This document shows, one piece after another, positions 61,585 to 64,000 of a stretch of 64,000 bases of DNA (positions are counted from its first letter, which is position 1; every line of letters starts with the position of its first letter). This DNA comes from Plasmodiophora brassicae (taxonomy: Eukaryota), in NCBI GenBank assembly GCA_036867785.1, contig CP145424.1:186001-250000 (forward strand). The letters run 5' to 3'. The translations under genes were made by a program, and so were the position numbers. Below the pieces are notes generated by a model, which was not told where the DNA came from, did no database searches, and saw only the letters and a list, made by a program, of their open reading frames with translations.

Positions 61585-63138
61585 ATGGCTAAGGTGGTAG
61601 GTGCCAACGACCGTGTCCTGATCCTGTACCAGGATGCAACCTACTCCATGCTGCATGTGCGTCCTGGTGACAAGTTCCGCCTAGCCAAGAATCAGGTCGC
61701 CGTTGATCCGATTATCGGTACATCGCAGCATTCGGCGTCCCGGTGTCATTGTTGGGCTGACATCGACGTTAGGTTGCCCCTATGGATCAGTGTTTCGTCT
61801 TGAAGCGGGGGTGCTGGTGCAAGTTGACTCGTCGCTGTTCGATTCCAGCAGTTCCATCGTCGATTCCAACTTCCTGCCGTCCAGCGATAATTCCCAATTG
61901 CGAATGAACAGCAATGCGCAGAAGCTGACGCGCGACGAGATCATGGAACTGAAGAAGACCATGTCGGGCGAAGAGGTCGTTGCGCTGCTGGCAGCAAACA
62001 GGTACACAAGCGCCCGTCGTCGGTCCTGATCTGATGGAAAACCGCTGACCGCCCGTATCAGTGCCACGTTCGAATCGAAAACCGAGTTCTCCCAGGAGAA
62101 ATGGTTGAGGAAGAAGCGACAGCAGCACATTGTCGAGATTCGCATCCTGCGCCCGACAGCGCTGACCGTATCGCGTATGTACTTGAGCGACGCGAAATCC
62201 GATAAGGTCATGGGCATCCGTCCCGACACGCTGGCAATGATCCTTCAGAAGGCGTCCCTGCGGCCCATGTCGCAAGTTCTCGTGCTGGACCAATGCGTTG
62301 GCCTCATTGTGGCCTCCGTTGCGGAGCGCCTGGGCGGCTACGGCCGTGTTCTTGCACCGTACTTTACAGGGCCTGGGCCCAATGCCGAATGCGTCAACGC
62401 GTTCGGCCTCGACCTATCTATTCAGAACTCGATCGTGCACTTCCCGGCGGCCCTGATGAAAGATGCCTCGATGCAGGACCTGCCTGACGACGACCCTGTT
62501 CTCGTCTCCGAATATGTTCACGATGCGTCCAATGTGAACGCGAAAGGGCGTACCAGGTCTGGCATTGGCTCCTCTGTGACCCGAGTCGATGTCTGACTTT
62601 GGTATGTGTCGCAGGTATCCTGAAGAGCTGGTTCGGAGATGGCTCGCGAACCAGGTGGAATCAGTCATCATCTGTGCCCGGTTTGACGTGGAATCCGCCA
62701 TGTAACGCGCGTACCTGCTGTATTTGGGATGCATCCTCTAAGGTTCGTTGGTCCAGGGACGCATGCCTGCCGATCCTGTGTGGCGGTGGCTCGCTCGTCA
62801 TCTACTGCCCGTACCTGGAACCACTGCAGAAGGTCGCTCTCCGGCTTCGACAGTCGAAGCAGGCGATCATGGTCCAGGTGCGACCCCTGTCCCGTTGCAA
62901 AGCGGTACCGCGATGAGTATTCATGCCCGCCCTATAGGTGTCGGAGAACTGGTACCGGGAGTACCAAGTGCTGACCAACCGGACGCACCCGACAATGCAG
63001 ATGCATGGCGCCAGCGGTTACATACTATCGGCCATCAAGACTGCCAACCAACTGTCGTCGGGACCGTCGGAGACCCCAGATGAATCTCCCGACGCCAAGA
63101 GGCACAAACCCGACGACATCAATGAACGTGACACCTGA
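61585..63138 (+). CDS. TRM6: tRNA m1A58 methyltransferase non-catalytic subunit (multi-exon)
   Basis: IIGCPYGSVF, AQKLTRDEIMELKK, NSATFESKTEFSQEKW, IRPDTLAMIL, SENWYREYQVLTNRTHPTM...GYILS. Confidence 0.93.
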
Positions 63139-64000
63139 GCGGAGTGTTTCGGCATTCATTCCCATCCGCCTCGAAACTGTACTGCCTGTTTGCACAGCGG
63201 ATGGCCAGTAGTGGGCCTTGTCAAAAAACGTCATCGTTGCCTCGTTGAAGGACCGCCCAGTGCTGCATTGCTCATCTACACGACTGTAGACGTGTGGGTT
63301 CTGTTGACGAAGGCCAGGCTGTCGCGAACCTGCTTCGTACGGAGGGGCATATACTAACGGGCAACGGCAACCGGCGTGAAGCAATCGAGTATGATGTTGT
63401 TTACCCTTGGAATGCCGGTGTGCTGGTGCGGGCTTGGAGTCTGGCGCCACTGCCAGCGAATCCGGTCGCGCCCCATTCCACCGATCGCTTGACACGCTCG
63501 CCACAGCTGACACATTTCCGCTCCGGTTTCACCAGCGTCTCGAAGCAGGTCTGGAGCATCAGCGCTGTCAGATTCCTCCCATCGGTCCACGACGAACGAA
63601 CCATGTGACCTTGCAGACAACGTGGCCACATGGGCGCGCCCAGACAGTTCGTATCGTTGGCGTCAGGTTTCGCCGACATGACGGACACATGTACCTGCAG
63701 GAATCGTCGCCCGTCTGCCCCGTATCTAGCATTGCACAACCATTGTCAGGAGGGCAGCAACAGGAGTACGATGAGCATTGCTAGTTGACCTGCGTCGCAC
63801 CGATCTGTAAACCGAACCGGGCACAGATGCGATCGTTTCAGCGGCTTCTGGTCCTGGACGCCCAGCGTTCGTCAGCAAAGCCGGGACCGCCCAGCTGTTC
63901 GATTACCTCGGGGCAGCGCGTAACAGTGTCTGGCCGTTCCAGCGATGTTCGCTGCTCGCGTTCCGGTTCACAACTCATGGCGGCTGCCGGCAGCCAGAAG

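Noticed and set aside
63200-64000. Short ORFs at the window end
   Set aside because: No recognisable motif or consistent exon structure; may belong to a gene continuing outside the window.

Overview
Eukaryotic DNA from a compact, GC-rich genome with short GT-AG introns. Flagellar genes, ALAS and secreted proteins suggest a zoospore-forming protist, possibly a Plasmodiophora-like phytomyxid (inference). Positions 1-23.4 kb are a nested transposon island. It holds two near-identical chromovirus-type Ty3/Gypsy copies in inverted orientation, the first interrupted by an intact Ty1/Copia with identical LTRs. It also holds a second, degenerate Gypsy family, Harbinger-type MITEs (one nested head-to-head in its own family), and LINE, hAT and Myb/SANT remnants. 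Positions 23.4-64 kb are gene-dense: ABCA transporter, ODA-DC-like coiled-coil protein, TTLL, TIM22, two tandem G-alpha genes, ALAS, LC8, a cupin-RidA fusion, a GPI-anchored Cys-rich protein, CARNMT1, two secreted nucleoside-hydrolase-like paralogs, PRP28, ACX4-like, a non-autonomous hAT element and TRM6. The most notable signals are: the Copia primer-binding site matches the anticodon arm of tRNA-Asn (half-tRNA priming); none of the three LTR families has a canonical tRNA-3'-end PBS; a degenerate ARD-cupin/RidA fusion; and a candidate effector pair with a divergent nucleoside-hydrolase fold. Exon boundaries were read by eye.
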